A stretch of DNA of 64,000 nt from Chrysomallon squamiferum (Eukaryota > Animalia > Mollusca), in assembly GCA_012295275.1 (NCBI GenBank), contig CM022671.1:27218001-27282000 (forward strand), given 5' to 3'. Within the stretch, counting starts at the first letter, position 1; the number at the start of each line of letters is the position of its first letter. Under the pieces are notes generated by a model. That model did no database searches. It saw only the letters and a list, made by a program, of their open reading frames with translations, and was not told where the DNA came from. The translations under genes and the position numbers were made by a program. Positions 1 through 13,399 of the stretch are shown piece by piece.

Positions 1-42
1 GACATGGAAAAAAAATGGAGTAAAAAAAAAAGATGTGTGAAT

Positions 43-44
<2 letters not shown>

Positions 45-107
<63 letters not shown>
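45..107. repeat. (GT)n microsatellite
   Basis: Pure GT run. Confidence 0.97.
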
Positions 108-108
<1 letters not shown>

Positions 109-1058
109 CACTTCTTGCATTTTTAACAAAACATTTTTTTTAATATATATATCTTTCCATAGGGATGAAAGTAAAAACAAAAAAAGACAAAAAAAAACCA
201 CACCACAAAAACAAACCCATGACCCATGATAAACTGGAAACATGTCTATCAAAACAACAAAAAACCCGACAAGCTTATGACCTATGATAGACTGGAAACA
301 TGTCTGACAGTTGCATGTTCAGAACCAATAAATTCCAATCAGAACTTGCAAGGTCATGGTGTTCCCTTCCATCATCCTTTTGTGACTGAGGATCGAAGAA
401 AACAAAATTATCTGTTTATTTACAATGTTGAACAAAAATAAATAGTCTATATCCTTTTCAATGATGAAGAGATTAAAAAGGTAATATATTTTTTTTAATT
501 TAACACGTGAATGTGTTAAAATTCTGTAAATATATATAGACTAGCTTCTTCTTGTTTTTAATGTGTTTTTTTTTCTGTGATGGTCTATCTTTACAGAAAC
601 AGATAAACCAAAGGTTAAGTCTACACCAGGCCTGATTACGTTGTGTTGATATGGTAAATCACTTGATGGATGAAGTGAGAAGTAATCAAGAAAGCACTGA
701 AATGTGCATTTAATGGTGAACTTGCCTGACAACAGGCACTAAGACTGGAAGCAAGGTGAGGCTATCACACACACAGAACCGAGATCCACTGTTCTCTTGG
801 CATATAAATGTCATGCATGATTGTCTGTCCATTCCAGTCTCTTTGGCAGAGTCAATGGTTGTGTGCCCATGGCAGGCATGGTTGAGCTGTTCTCTGTTAT
901 TTTACCAGACTGAGCATTACAACAAACTTTATGACTTGTGATATGAGATGAAAGGAGAAGTTTAAATCTGGAAACCACACCCAACTATTAACTATAAGAA
1001 AAACAACAACTTAATTTTAGTCTCAGCTTTAGCTACTGATTTAATAATAAACAAACTG

Positions 1059-1068
1059 TTATTATTAC

Positions 1069-1136
<68 letters not shown>

Positions 1137-1139
1137 TTA
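1059..1139. repeat. (ATT)n microsatellite
   Basis: Near-pure ATT run. Confidence 0.95.
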
Positions 1140-2179
1140 CATTTTTAAATTTTTAATTTAAAAATGATGTTTTAACTCCTGCTGAACAGTCTAACAACAG
1201 AGAATGATGAAAATTCACAAATTCAAATTACTGTAAACATTTAAATCTTTATTTCTGTCATTTAGGTGATAACAATCTAACGTTTTTCTTTCTTTTTTTA
1301 AACTAAAATTGTTTTTAAAATATTATGTAAATGTTTATTAAATGTTCTCCTATAAATAAACACTGTATTTTCTGTACATTAGTACATCATAAGTTAACAC
1401 AAAAGCTTCAGAACAAGTTGCAGAAGAACACAATCCTTTACTGGGCATTGATCCTGAATCCCATTATACATCAGTCAATAAAGGTTGTAAATCATCCTAA
1501 CCACACACAGTTTAACAACAAAAGTGAACTGAAAGAGCAGAATGTCACAGATAATACAAACAAAAATAAAAATGGACAGAAACATTTAACAAAATTTCAT
1601 TGCTCAGTAAAGTCAGACAGTGTAAATGATGGTGACTGAATGTCAAGCTGAGGTGATAACACTGCATTTCCTGTCTCTTCTGTAATATTGATTTTAACAC
1701 AGCACAATGCAGGCAGCCACAAAAATGTTTTATGACCGCATCATAGGAAGTGATTAAAACAATGAAAGCCATCATAACAGTGATGATGTTCAATAAACTT
1801 GAACTGACTGTCATGAAATTTAAACTGAAGTAGTTTTTTTTTTATTTTTTTTTAAAAAGAAAGAAAAGAAGAATCCAGAAAATGAGTTAACGTGAAGAAC
1901 ACAAAAGAGTTACCTAAGAACATACTTCAGGTGAAGATTAAAGGAAGAAAAATATCTGTTGTTGAAAAAGAGATCATCAAAATTATTGTGTATAACAGCA
2001 ACAGAAATGAGTAATATAGCCAATAAAATTTAAAATTCAGACAGAAATAAAATATCTCAAGTTAAATCAAAATATTGGTACAAAAAATAAATTAATTATT
2101 ATTCATATATTATTTTAAATTTATGTTTGTTGTATCTGGATGCCAAGAATTTAGGCCTCTGACCCCAGTATTATAGGTG

Positions 2180-2480
2180 CTATTACTACCATTACTACTA
2201 CTACTACTACTACCACCATTACTACCACTACCACTACCACTACTAATATTTACAATTGTTACTATCTGTACTACTATGATTATTAACTCTTCTACTACTG
2301 CTGCTGTTACTAGTAATACTATTACTATTACTGCAGTTACTTCTACTACTTTAAAGGTACCACTATCATCAGTGTTACTGCTTTTACTATTACTATTATT
2401 TTATATTAGTATTACTTTTATTACTATTTTTATTATTACCATTATTTTATATTAGTACTACTTTTATTACTGTTTTTATT
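2180..2480. repeat. Compound (CTA/CCA/TTA)n low-complexity tract
   Basis: Mixed trinucleotide repeats. They produce the spurious Leu/Thr-rich ORF 2177-2455. Confidence 0.88.
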
Positions 2481-4242
2481 TACACCTTCCAGAATGTTAA
2501 TGAAATTCTCTCTTTTTTTTTTTTTAAATACAGCTTCCTTGTAAAATATCATCATTTCAAAGTGAAATATTTATTCAAGTTCAAATTATTTTGTATTCTG
2601 CCCATCAGTTAACAGCTTAAAGAGAACAATTCAGTTTGCTTTGTACTTATTTGGTGTCTCTCTACTTTCAACAGTTTCTTTGTGAGTTAGTAATCTGCTG
2701 TTAGTACTCCAATACTCCTTGTTTAATTAAAAAATACAGGCAACTGAATCAGCTGTCCATTTTGTACAGATCCTGGTAAACAGGGGGAGAGATGCAGATG
2801 TACATTAGATTTACAGAACAGATCCTCTTCAAAGAAATCTTATTTTGATGAAAACATTTTGTGCAGTGTTTTAAAAGTTCTTTTAACCTGTGTAACATTG
2901 ACATATGTCAAGTTTATGCAAGGAAAAAAAAAATGGATTAATTACATGATTAAATTATATGTGCATAACAATGTCCCAATATAGATATTCAGTATTTTAT
3001 ATTAATCCATATGTTTTTAAGATCTATGTTATTATAATCTCTTTTTTAATTTTTTAATGTTTTTTTTTTTACTTTAATAGTTTTAAATAGACACTGTTAA
3101 TATATTGATTAAAATGTAAAATATTAATAATAATTAAAAAAAAAAAAAATAAAAATAATAATAATAAATAGGTATCTTCATACAATAAGGTATTATCAAA
3201 GCTCACAAAAGGAGAAACGAGAGAACCTACAGAATCTGAATAATTATCAGAACCTAATTCATTGTTATCCAGCATACAGGTGATACTCTGATTTGCATTC
3301 TGAACAGTGCTGAACTGTGCAGTTCACATTTCACTGCCAATATTTAAGTACACCAGCAGAACTGCCAATGAATTATTTATCAGTGAAGAACCAAGAAATT
3401 TGTCAAACAGTTTGTACAGATTGTTACCATCATTAAATGCTCAATTTTATTCACAAATATATAATAAATGTATGTATACACACACATATGCATGCACACA
3501 CAGACACACACAAACACAAATATATAATCATACAAACACGAGCACATATACAGAATCCCCAAGCCATACTCAAAAGTTAAACACAAAAATATTTTTTTCT
3601 ACAACACTGTATGTGTATCTATGTTAATATATGTATACAACCAAATATTTATTACATTAACACAGCACTTTTCAACATCCTATTAAATTCAAACATTCAT
3701 GTATTGTGAGAAATAAACAGTGTTTAATTGACCCATAAAAAAAAAGGTGACCATCCGCATTAAAATTTATGAAGCACTGTGTTTATACGGCCTAGTGAAA
3801 TAGTTTGTAATGACTTGAGGACATCAAAATATCTTGGGATAACTCCTTAGTACTGAATGTTTATTTACTGTCAAACAAGTGTTCAATGGACAAAGGACAA
3901 GCTCATAAAGCAGACAATAAAAGTCCATCTTCTGAGGCAGTATTGAAAAGGAGGGCAATAAAGAGTAACAGGGAGACCATTCAGATGTGAGGTTTTGTGG
4001 CAATTTGAGAACAGCAGAGGTGTCACCTGCCCACTTGGGTGACAGAGATTTGGGGGATCGGGTGAAGAAGAGGCATAAAACGAGCACTTGAAGTGGCAGA
4101 TTTGATTAGAAGGATCAGAGTGCAAAGTGCTTGATGGTTTGTTTCCATGACAATCACAGAGTGCTTTCTGCTTATTGTGAAAATGGATGTTCAAATGTTG
4201 ACCCTATGAGAAATGTATATTTTTCATCTATACCACTCAGGA

Positions 4243-4527
4243 TTTTTTCTATGACAGTAATTTAGAAATCATCTCTGTAAATCTGAGGATCATGATGCAT
4301 GATTTGGAAAAATTTTAAAATGAAAATTACATTAGAAATTAAAGCTTAGACAAATTACTTTATTTTATTTTATAAACTTTCTTTGACATCTGTTTTTTTT
4401 TTCTATGAGTATAAGTCTGAAATTATCTCTGTAAATCTAAGTATCATGGTCCATGATTATAAAATTAAAATGGAATCAAGATTATTTAGGCAGTTACATT
4501 AGAAATTAATGCTAAGACTTAAATTAT
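4243..4527 (+). repeat. Tandem duplication with ~155 bp period
   Basis: ttttttctatga...gaaat.atctctgtaaatct...atcatg...catgatt...ttacattagaaattaa.gct.agac occurs twice. Confidence 0.8.
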
Positions 4528-5432
4528 CTGACTTCTTTATAACATATAAAATAATAAATGTCTAACAAACCATCCAGTGAAATGAGATGATGTGATTAAA
4601 AAAAATGAATATCTAGATGGATCAATACTACAAATTAAACATAAATCATTAATATTAAATTTCCCTTTCAGATAAGATAAATGCAACAATTTTATAAATT
4701 GCCATTCTGTATCTAAGCAATTTAACCCTTGAGTCATATAAAATATATATAATAAATATTAAAAAAAAAAATAAAAAAAGAAGAAGAAGAAGAAACAATA
4801 ATGACAATAGTAACAAATTAAAGAAATGCAAAACCTTTCTAAATGTAGGAGCCAAGCTTTTAAATAAGAACCTGTTAAGTAGGTTCTGTAATTAAGTAAT
4901 CAAAAAGGTCACTTAATATTAATATTTTCACAAAGGACAGGTAGCCAGAGTATTGATGTAGAACACAATTATCTACATTATTTCCATGGGGGAGAGTTCC
5001 AGAGATACTCAGTAATGATAATGACCTGCAATATACAGAAACATTAGCATCGCTGAATCGCCCAAAGTAGCCATTACTGCATGGGGTGGATTGTTCCAAC
5101 AATAGCAGACATAAAGAAATGGATTAACTGATTAAGTGAAAAATAGATTTTTCCCCACAGAAAAAAAGTGGGGTGGGAAGACACAATGGCATTGCTTGTA
5201 TAATGGATGATAAGACCAACCCAACAACATCTGTCTACTTTATTAATTATAACAATTTTTTTCATTGAAAGAAGAAGAAGAGGTTTTTAAAAAAAAAAAA
5301 AAAAAAAAAATGTTGTTGTAGTGTGTCAACATCTGTTCAGACCACGTAAGATAATTAACACACATTGTCCTGAATGACAAGAAACCACAAAGAAAGTATC
5401 TATCAAAAATTGTATTCTCAAAACAGAGATTA

Positions 5433-5467
<35 letters not shown>

Positions 5468-7650
5468 AACCATAAATTAAAGAGTTAAAAAAGAAAAAGT
5501 GTGATAAAAAAAAAAAAAAAAAAAACAGTATCAAAACATTAAATATTTCTATTAACATATGCACAACATGTTTATGTGTTTAAAATGCGTAGTTCAAATT
5601 ATAAAAAAGTAATTGAACAACATGTTTATGATATAAAATTTAAAAAGAATAATGTGAATAAGGAAGAAGAAAATTTACTGGTTTGATAAATTAATGTCAT
5701 TTAAAAAAAAAAAAAATGTGGGTCAATAGAAATTCATTCTTTCACTGACAACCTATAAATGTCAATGTTGTGAGAAAACAACAACAAAAAAAATTAACTG
5801 ATTACAGAAAAACTTATAAAATTAAAAAGAAAAATTTGCCTCAAGAGCAAACCTACTTATTACTAATATTAATATTCATATATTTAAAAAAAAAAAAATA
5901 ATATAAGGAAAAAGGTGCAGATCATTTCTGGTGCATAAAAAAGTCAAAAATGTTATCATTACACTCTCATATATTTAAAAAAATATAAATTTAAAATATT
6001 TACTTAAATTTTATAAAATAATATTTTTGTTGTTGTAAAAATGGCCAGAATGAACAAATTTGAAATCCATTGCTTGTTAACAATCCTTTGTGTCCAATAA
6101 GCAAACAGATGGATGTCCAAGACAATTCTCGGCACACTGAAATTACACAGTGTGTGTGTGTGTTTACAGGGGACTCCTCAGTCACTTGGACATTTGACTA
6201 ATATCATTGTTTCCCTGCTCCCTGATTTACCCACAACATGGCTTAGACTGGGAACATCACGCTCGAACACACAGAAACACAGGGTCATGTTGGCTTTCTA
6301 CAGTCCCATTCCATATGCAAATTGAAATTTTAAAGTTAAAGTAAATTCAAGAAACAAACTTTGAAATGTCATTTCTGTTGGCAGAGAGTGTCTGAAGTAC
6401 TGTAATGTTGAAATGAGCGGTCTGCACAAGTAATAAGATCATGGAAAGGGGAAAAAAAAAAAAAAAAAGTTTTGGAAGAAAGTAAACACAGAGTTGTACA
6501 CAGTTCAGAATATTTTTGTTTGAAAGTTAATATGTGTCCATTAGTTATGAAAAATAATTCTAATTGTTTTCAATATCTACTAAACTTTAAATATCTAAAC
6601 TTTGTTTAATTAATTATTATTATAATCCATATATATTAACATACTCAAATATTTACTTTCAAAATCTAAAACAGACCAAAAAAATCTAACATATCTTGTA
6701 TAACAATAGTTTATCAAGGTCAATACAATGTATTAAATTCCAAAATTCTTGATCCACCATTTTTATCTTTCCATTACTGGCAGAAACAAACAAAATGTCT
6801 GACAAGACTGTTTGCTGTTCTCAACCCACTGACTTGGCCTTCGTGCAACATCTCAAGCTTAAATGTATATGCTAAAAATGTGTGGAACCATCACAAGTCT
6901 AAACAAGGCAGACATCTTCCTTACACATCTCTCAAACCAAACAGATCACAAACTTCACACGTTCTCAACAGGATGGGTCAAGCAAACTATCATCTACGTA
7001 TAAAGATTTCACCGACAGCATTAAAATGTCTCGAGATCTTTGGATGTGGACATATTTGAAATTACTGGCAACAGATTCAAAGTTCCAGCTTAAGCCTTTA
7101 AGAAAGTTAACTTTTCAGCCTGGTTTTGTGAGAGGAAGTTTTTCACATAGTTCTGGAAGAATCTTGTGGTTTCGTTTTTAAAAATCTTTTTTTTTTTTTT
7201 TTTTTTTATGTTGTTGTTAAAATGTTGAAATGTTCCCAAGTTTTTCTGATACTGTTGCAACTGCTGCAGCATTGAGTAAATATTTCTTTGCGATGTTGTA
7301 GTCATGATCTTGAGAAAAAATGGACTAACATTTTATCTGTAAGACAGTCTGGTATAAAATACAGAGATTTCTGGGAAAATTTTGGGTCTTAACACATTTG
7401 AGTCGATATTTTGAAATGAATAGTTCTTTTTTTTTTTTTTAGAATGAAATACTTTATAATGTTTGACATAATGAACATTCTTAGTATAGTTTTAAAAAAT
7501 TTAATAAAATAAAATAATAACTGCATCAGCATTTAAAATGTATCATGACATCACAATCATGATATATGATAAATATCAAAATCCTCACAACTAATAAATT
7601 GAAGAAATAAAAGTACATAGTAATTTAATTTACAGTCTAAATTCAAAACA

Positions 7651-7852
7651 AATATATTTTGTCCCTATAATCTGAACTTTTAATTAAATTAAGTCAATAT
7701 TTTCTAAGACAAGTTTGTTGAATTTATTGTTCAGTCATTCAAAACAAATACATATTAAATCAATATTTTTCCATAAAATCTAAACTTTCAATTAAACAAG
7801 TCATATTTTCTAAGAAAAAATTTCTTGAATTTATTGTTTGGTCATCCAAAAA
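7651..7852 (+). repeat. Tandem duplication with ~110 bp period
   Basis: aatct.aacttt.aattaaa..aagtca.tattttctaaga...ttt.ttgaatttattgtt..gtcat.caaaa occurs twice. Confidence 0.8.
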
Positions 7853-8494
7853 AGCCTTCTTTTTGTAATTAAAATTAAAATGTTTATCTTCTTTGACAAC
7901 AGTTTAAAAAAAAAAAAAAAAAAAATTATTCCTTTACCTCCTGATTCAAAGAGATTATTTTGCTAATATTATTATTTTTATTTTTTATTATTATTTTTTT
8001 TACATTAAATAGGTTAAACATGGTTAGCATTATAGCCCTCATAAACACATTAATAATTCATTACAGGAAATTATTTGTTGTCACAAATACATAATTTATA
8101 AAGATTCTTTCTAAAAATAATGTCAGTCGTAATAACGATTATAACAAAAGTGACTGGATGAAAGAAATTATAACACTCGGTCACAATAGAATTATAGATT
8201 TTTACCAAAAGTGTACACAAAACATACATTTTTTATGTTTAACCTCAGTATTATTATTATTATTATTATTATTATGATAATGAAGATTCTAATTATTATT
8301 ATTATTATTATTATTAAAAATAAACATTTCCTTTTCAACGGAAGATATTTTTACAAAACCTTGCATCATTACAAAGCTTAATATTTGTTAATTAAATTTC
8401 ATTTACAAAGCTCTATTCTTTTAAGAACCACTTACAGAAAAACTCTCAGACATACAACAACATCATTTACCCAGAAGCACAAAACCAACAACAT

Positions 8495-8715
8495 TGTCAG
8501 TAATCCCTTTTGTTTACTTTTAATCAGATCTGCATCCCTATAGTAATAAAAAGTAAAGGATTAACCAACATTAACAAGATTGACAGCTGAAATTTACCCA
8601 CTTAATTAATGTCCTCGGATCTGATTTAAATTAATCCTGAGTGTGTAGAATCCTTTAGGGATTAGTTTTTATTTTCATCATTAATAGGGATTAGCTGGTT
8701 GTTAAAAGTAATCGG
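8495..8715. promoter_or_regulatory. Candidate enhancer: homotypic cluster of K50-homeodomain sites (TAATCC/GGATTA)
   Basis: Five exact sites at 8501, 8558, 8632, 8659 and 8688, plus TGTTTAC (8511) and GATTGACAG (~8578). This is motif evidence only. Confidence 0.35.
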
Positions 8716-9424
8716 ATGAAACCAGTAAAGTGAACATGCATATAAAATGAAATTTGTCCTTTGTCGTAGCTGATGAGATGATTAAACAAAATAAGATGGA
8801 GTTACTATCTTGTTTCATTTAATACACAGAAACGTTGTCATTTGTATTTTTAATTATTTGTTTTTGGAGTGTGTGTTTTGATTGTTCGTTTTTTGAATGT
8901 GTGGGTTGGTAGGGCATGTTTGCGTATGTGTGAATGTGTGTGCATGTATGTGTGCATGTGTGGTGTGTGTATATGTTCATATATGTGTGTGTATGTATGT
9001 GTATGTTTGTGTGGGTGTTTGTGTTACAGATTCTTTTTCTTTTTTTCTCGCATGAACAGGTTTTCAACTAAATGAAAGCAATGATTATGTATTATTCAGG
9101 AATTTAATAAATTTAACTGCTTGTATAATAAAAGATGTTCTTATGTTTAGGAAATGACTTTTTGAAAATGAATACCAGTTTGGTTTCGTATTAATTCAGT
9201 CAATTTTGAACAGGTTTTGACAGAGGAGTGGTTTCGTGGTTTCCTAAATACATTAAATATACATTACAGGAAATTATTTGTTGTCACAAATACATAATTT
9301 ATAAATATTCTTTCTGAAAGGACTTTCAGTCTTAATAATGATATAACAAAAGCGACTGGATGAAAGAAAGCTCTGTCAACATAAGATTATAGATTTTTGC
9401 CAAGAATGTACAGAGACATATATT

Positions 9425-9565
9425 ATTTTTGACTATATTTTTTTTACTTTGACTGTATGTTTTTTTATTTTTGACTATAGATTTTTATGTTTGACTAGAT
9501 TTTTTTAATGTTTGACTATATGTTGTTGTTTTTTTTGTCTATATTTCTTTTTTATGTTTGACTTC
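9425..9565. repeat. Short minisatellite, ~7 copies of TTTGACTATA(T)n (~20 bp)
   Basis: tttgacta recurs every ~20 nt. Confidence 0.8.
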
Positions 9566-9714
9566 ATTATAATTTTATTTTTTAAACTACTTTTTATTTG
9601 TTTATGTTACCACTGCTCATAGTATATATTTCAAAAATTAATTAGTTCTTGTCCTTATTATTATACTTTTTTAAAACCCCTTTTTCTATCTAAAATGGCT
9701 TCCAAGTGATGATG

Positions 9715-9905
9715 TCTGCTTCAGTTTCTAATAGAGACATATCTAACAGTTTCTTACAAACATCTACTTGAAATGGTTTCTGACGGAGAACTTTGTACTT
9801 CACCTAAGTCTCTGACAGTTAGGAATCTACTTGAAATGATTTCTGACGGATAAACGTATACTTCATATGGTTTCTGATAGAGAGAACACATCTACTCTGA
9901 CAGTG
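9715..9905. repeat. Degenerate short tandem repeat
   Basis: atctacttgaaatg.tttctgacgga occurs twice (~9763 and ~9825), with further degenerate tttctga.ag units. Confidence 0.65.
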
Positions 9906-11169
9906 AAATGTAATTCCGTAATGAGATAATATTTATGTGTTAAAAACCCACCAGACCAACAACAGACTAAAAGGTATTTCATTACCTTTCGCATTAGCCT
10001 GAATGATTAGCAACCCGCTCAGGTTAACGACTAGAACAAACAGGCTCACAGCACAGTGCAGTGTCTACAGTGTTAAACCCCGTGTTTATACTTCACCCTT
10101 TACTTTGTTTGTTTGTCTTTTCATGTTTTTGTGTTGTAAATGTAAAGACAAGTTTGGTCGCCATTGTAGTGCAGGCTTATCTAATATCTTAAATCCATTA
10201 AGCTGTATGACCCTGACCCGCGCTTTTGTTAGCAGGATTTGCTGCTTGTTCCAGTGCCAAGTTCATTAAGGTGTCCCCCATTGTAGTGCTGGCTCCATGT
10301 TTCTAACCCTAGCATACAGCAGAACACTTAATGTCAGCCAGGATAAAGAGAAATACATATTTCTGTATAGATTACTCCGATACTTTGCTCAAGGCAGGAA
10401 AACAAATACACTGTTGTTTTGGGGGTTTTTTAAAACTTTTTTTTTTTTTAATTTTTTTTTTTTTTTTTTTTTTTTAAATGTATTTTTGATTGCTGTTCTT
10501 TATTAAGAGATTAAAATGACAATAAAAGGTTGTCATGGATGATAAGATTGATAAGCATTTTAAATATTAAATTCTCAGAAAAAAGAAAGAAGAAGAAAAT
10601 AATTAACTATAAAAAAAAAAAAAAAAAAAAACCAATGTAAAGCCCCTGCAGCAATTCAAACAAAACAAAACTAAAATAACACTACGAACATAAAACAAAT
10701 ACAACCAAAAAAAAAAAAAAAAATGCAAATTCAACAAGAGTAAGGTTTAGCAGAAATTATTTATGTGTTGACTATTTACAAAGTACAAAACTAAAAACAC
10801 GCACTTTTGTCATTGTTACAAATGGCCACGTTCAGTCGTCAAACAAACTAATTGATGATTTATCATGTTTGAAAAAAACATCACCTTTGTGTTACAGATC
10901 ACCCAGTAATCAGACCTGACAGGAATTATTTTCATTTATCCAACTCTGAACAATCCAACAATGACAGAAGCCAGTGAGAAAGGAAAAAAGTAAGGATTGG
11001 TTAGGTGACAGAAATGGCAATCAACTTCTTTTCTCTGCCCCCTGTGGTTGTTCAGTGAATGAAAGTCGTGGGACTTCACAGCAGCTCAGAGGACAACTGT
11101 CAGACAATATTACAACACTTGATGCAAGCGAGGCAAATCAGTCTTCACAGAGCTTGTAGTTCATGTCGA

Positions 11170-11900
11170 CCGATTCAGTCAAATCCATTCATGGTGGCCG
11201 CTAAAAGCAAGCCTTCAAAGAATCCCCTACTTAGTATTTGTTATAGAACAATTTGCATTAGTTGAATTTATTAATGGGGTCTGCTAAAAGTAGATTTTAG
11301 TTGTGCACAGACTGATTCATATTAGGTGAATCCAGTTTAATTCATTCACATGGCTGCTGTAATTAAGTTTTATTCCTGCAGAGATGAATTGGTCAGATCT
11401 GTGGATATTGGCTACTGTGAATAAGTGTTAGCCATGCATAGGCAAATTAGCCACATCCATTCAAGATGAATACTGAAATTAAATTTGAGCCTTGTTTGTA
11501 TGGAAACAGCCAAATCCATTCATGATGCCTATTAGGAAGTATTTTATATTTAGATAATCAAATCTATTCATGATTGCTTCTATAATTAAGTATTAGCCTT
11601 ACACAGACTAATTTTTATTAATTGATGATATGTTCTTGATGGTTTGTTCAATACGTAGATTTGTTCATATTAGTTGAATTAATTCTAGGGTATCATTATA
11701 TGTATTAACCATATTCATTAATATTCTTACAGTTAATCAAACTCATTCATGCCATCTACTACAAGTGCATATTAGTCATGCAAAGACCAGTACAGTCGAA
11801 TCTATTCTTGTTGGATATTAGAAGTATTATTGGCCTTACACAAACTGATTCAGCCGACTCCTTTCAAGATGGCCATTACAAGTAAGTATTAGCCATTCAG
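11170..11900. repeat. Ancient, highly degenerate tandem array, ~55-60 bp unit
   Basis: Recurring cagtcaaatccattcatgatggc...aagtattagcc..gcacagactgatt pattern, for example at ~11176, 11450, 11508, 11557, 11735, 11793 and 11850. Confidence 0.7.
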
Positions 11901-13399
11901 CTCACTGATCACTCAAGTAATACCAAATATTTTGTCTGTGAAGATAAACAGCACAATGGACTGAGAAAGAAAAATAAACTAATCTTTCCAGCAGACGGCT
12001 TTCAATACGACAAGTCAATATTTCACTGTTTATCAATTGTCGTTTCTCTTTTTTATTACTGAAGACCTGCAGACAGAAAAAAGTGAGTTCGTTAGCGAAT
12101 TCTGTCTGTTTCTTTATGTAGGTTATTAACTTGTTTGATGGCTCACAGAACTTTGCTTGTAGCAAATTATTGAAAAAAATGAGTTTCTCAATTGATATCC
12201 ATTGTTGTGTGTGTGTTTGTGACATTTCACACACAGGAACAAATATGCCGTATTCTGATAACTCTTTTGTTACAGGCACCGTTGGCCATGATTGCTGGAA
12301 TAATCTTTTGATGTCAGTTATCAAAAACGAAAAGTAAAGCTTCACTGCAATGTTTTCTCCTTGTTGAGGTCATTTTGAAAAAAAAAACCAAAGAATAATC
12401 AAATAAAAATTCAATTTCTTGTTTGTGAAATAATTTTTTTTTTTTTTTAATTGCCAGATCTAGTGGTATTTTTTTAATTTTCAAAATCTTATATTTTGCA
12501 TCTCAGAGGTAGTCTAAAATTTATCAAAGCATGACAGTGAAAAATTAAATAATTTTATATATCCACTGTTGTTTGGCATCCATGATATTTTGGCTAATGA
12601 TAAGGAATGGAAGAAAGTAAAAACAATGCATCAGATAAAGATACACATAAAAAAGCCAAACCAATCAGAAATCTATTAAAGAAAAAAAAAAAAAATTAAA
12701 TACTGAAGAAAACAAGTTAAAATTAACAAGAGAAATTACTCATATTAATTCTTCTTGACTGAATTTCTTTCATTCTGTCTCTCTTTCATAATTTTATCAT
12801 AGTCCAGAGCAATCGTTTTTTTAATCTGGTGAATGGTTCAAACAAAGGTGAATGAATTTAGAAAGAGAAAGTAAAGTTAAAAGGACCAAAAAAACATGAG
12901 GAAAGTTAGTCACAAGTGAATGAACTCTCATGATGAATACTCGAGGAGGGTGAACGACACAGAAACAGTTTAAGAAGCAAGAGAAAACATTGCTACAAGC
13001 TTTACATTTGATAACTGAAAAGATTAAACAATCAAAGCTGACTGCTGTGTAAAAACAACTGATCTAAATCTGAAAATAATTAATTCTCTCACTTTATTCA
13101 CATCAACTTTTTTCTTTCTTTCTCAAAATCAATTCAGTGGCTTTCTCAGTTTCCTGCTGCTGTTACTGCGTCATGGTGATGGTAAAGTACAATTACAACA
13201 CTTGTTATGTGGTAAGGTATAAAAAAAAGAAGTAATTAGAACAGTCTTACTGGACCCACATTATAAAGCCTGATTGTAAATAATGGTCAGATGAAAGGTG
13301 ATATTAATTTACCTGTCAGGTGAGCAATCAATCACTCAGACACACACACACAGTATTGAACCTGCTAACTAAATCTCAGTGCACTGCACTATTCATATG

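Larger units (their letters stand above)
8043..9572 (+). repeat. Direct duplication of ~200 bp: ~8043-8252 and ~9246-9572
   Basis: Shared cattacaggaaattatttgttgtcacaaatacataatttataaa...ataacaaaag.gactggatgaaagaaa...attatagattttt.ccaa. Confidence 0.88.

Noticed and set aside
2177-2455. Signal-peptide or membrane-like ORF (MLLLPLLL...)
   Set aside because: It derives from CTA/CCA/TTA trinucleotide repeats, starts at GTG and has no splice support.
3960-4050. TGRPFRCEV resembling a C2H2 zinc-finger linker
   Set aside because: It needs a frameshift, has no correctly spaced His pair and no second finger, so it is likely chance.
9984-9994. Minus-strand ATG-CGA-AAG|GTAATG (M-R-K, phase 0) micro first exon
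   Set aside because: Three codons plus a moderate donor arise easily by chance. Not supportable without transcript data.
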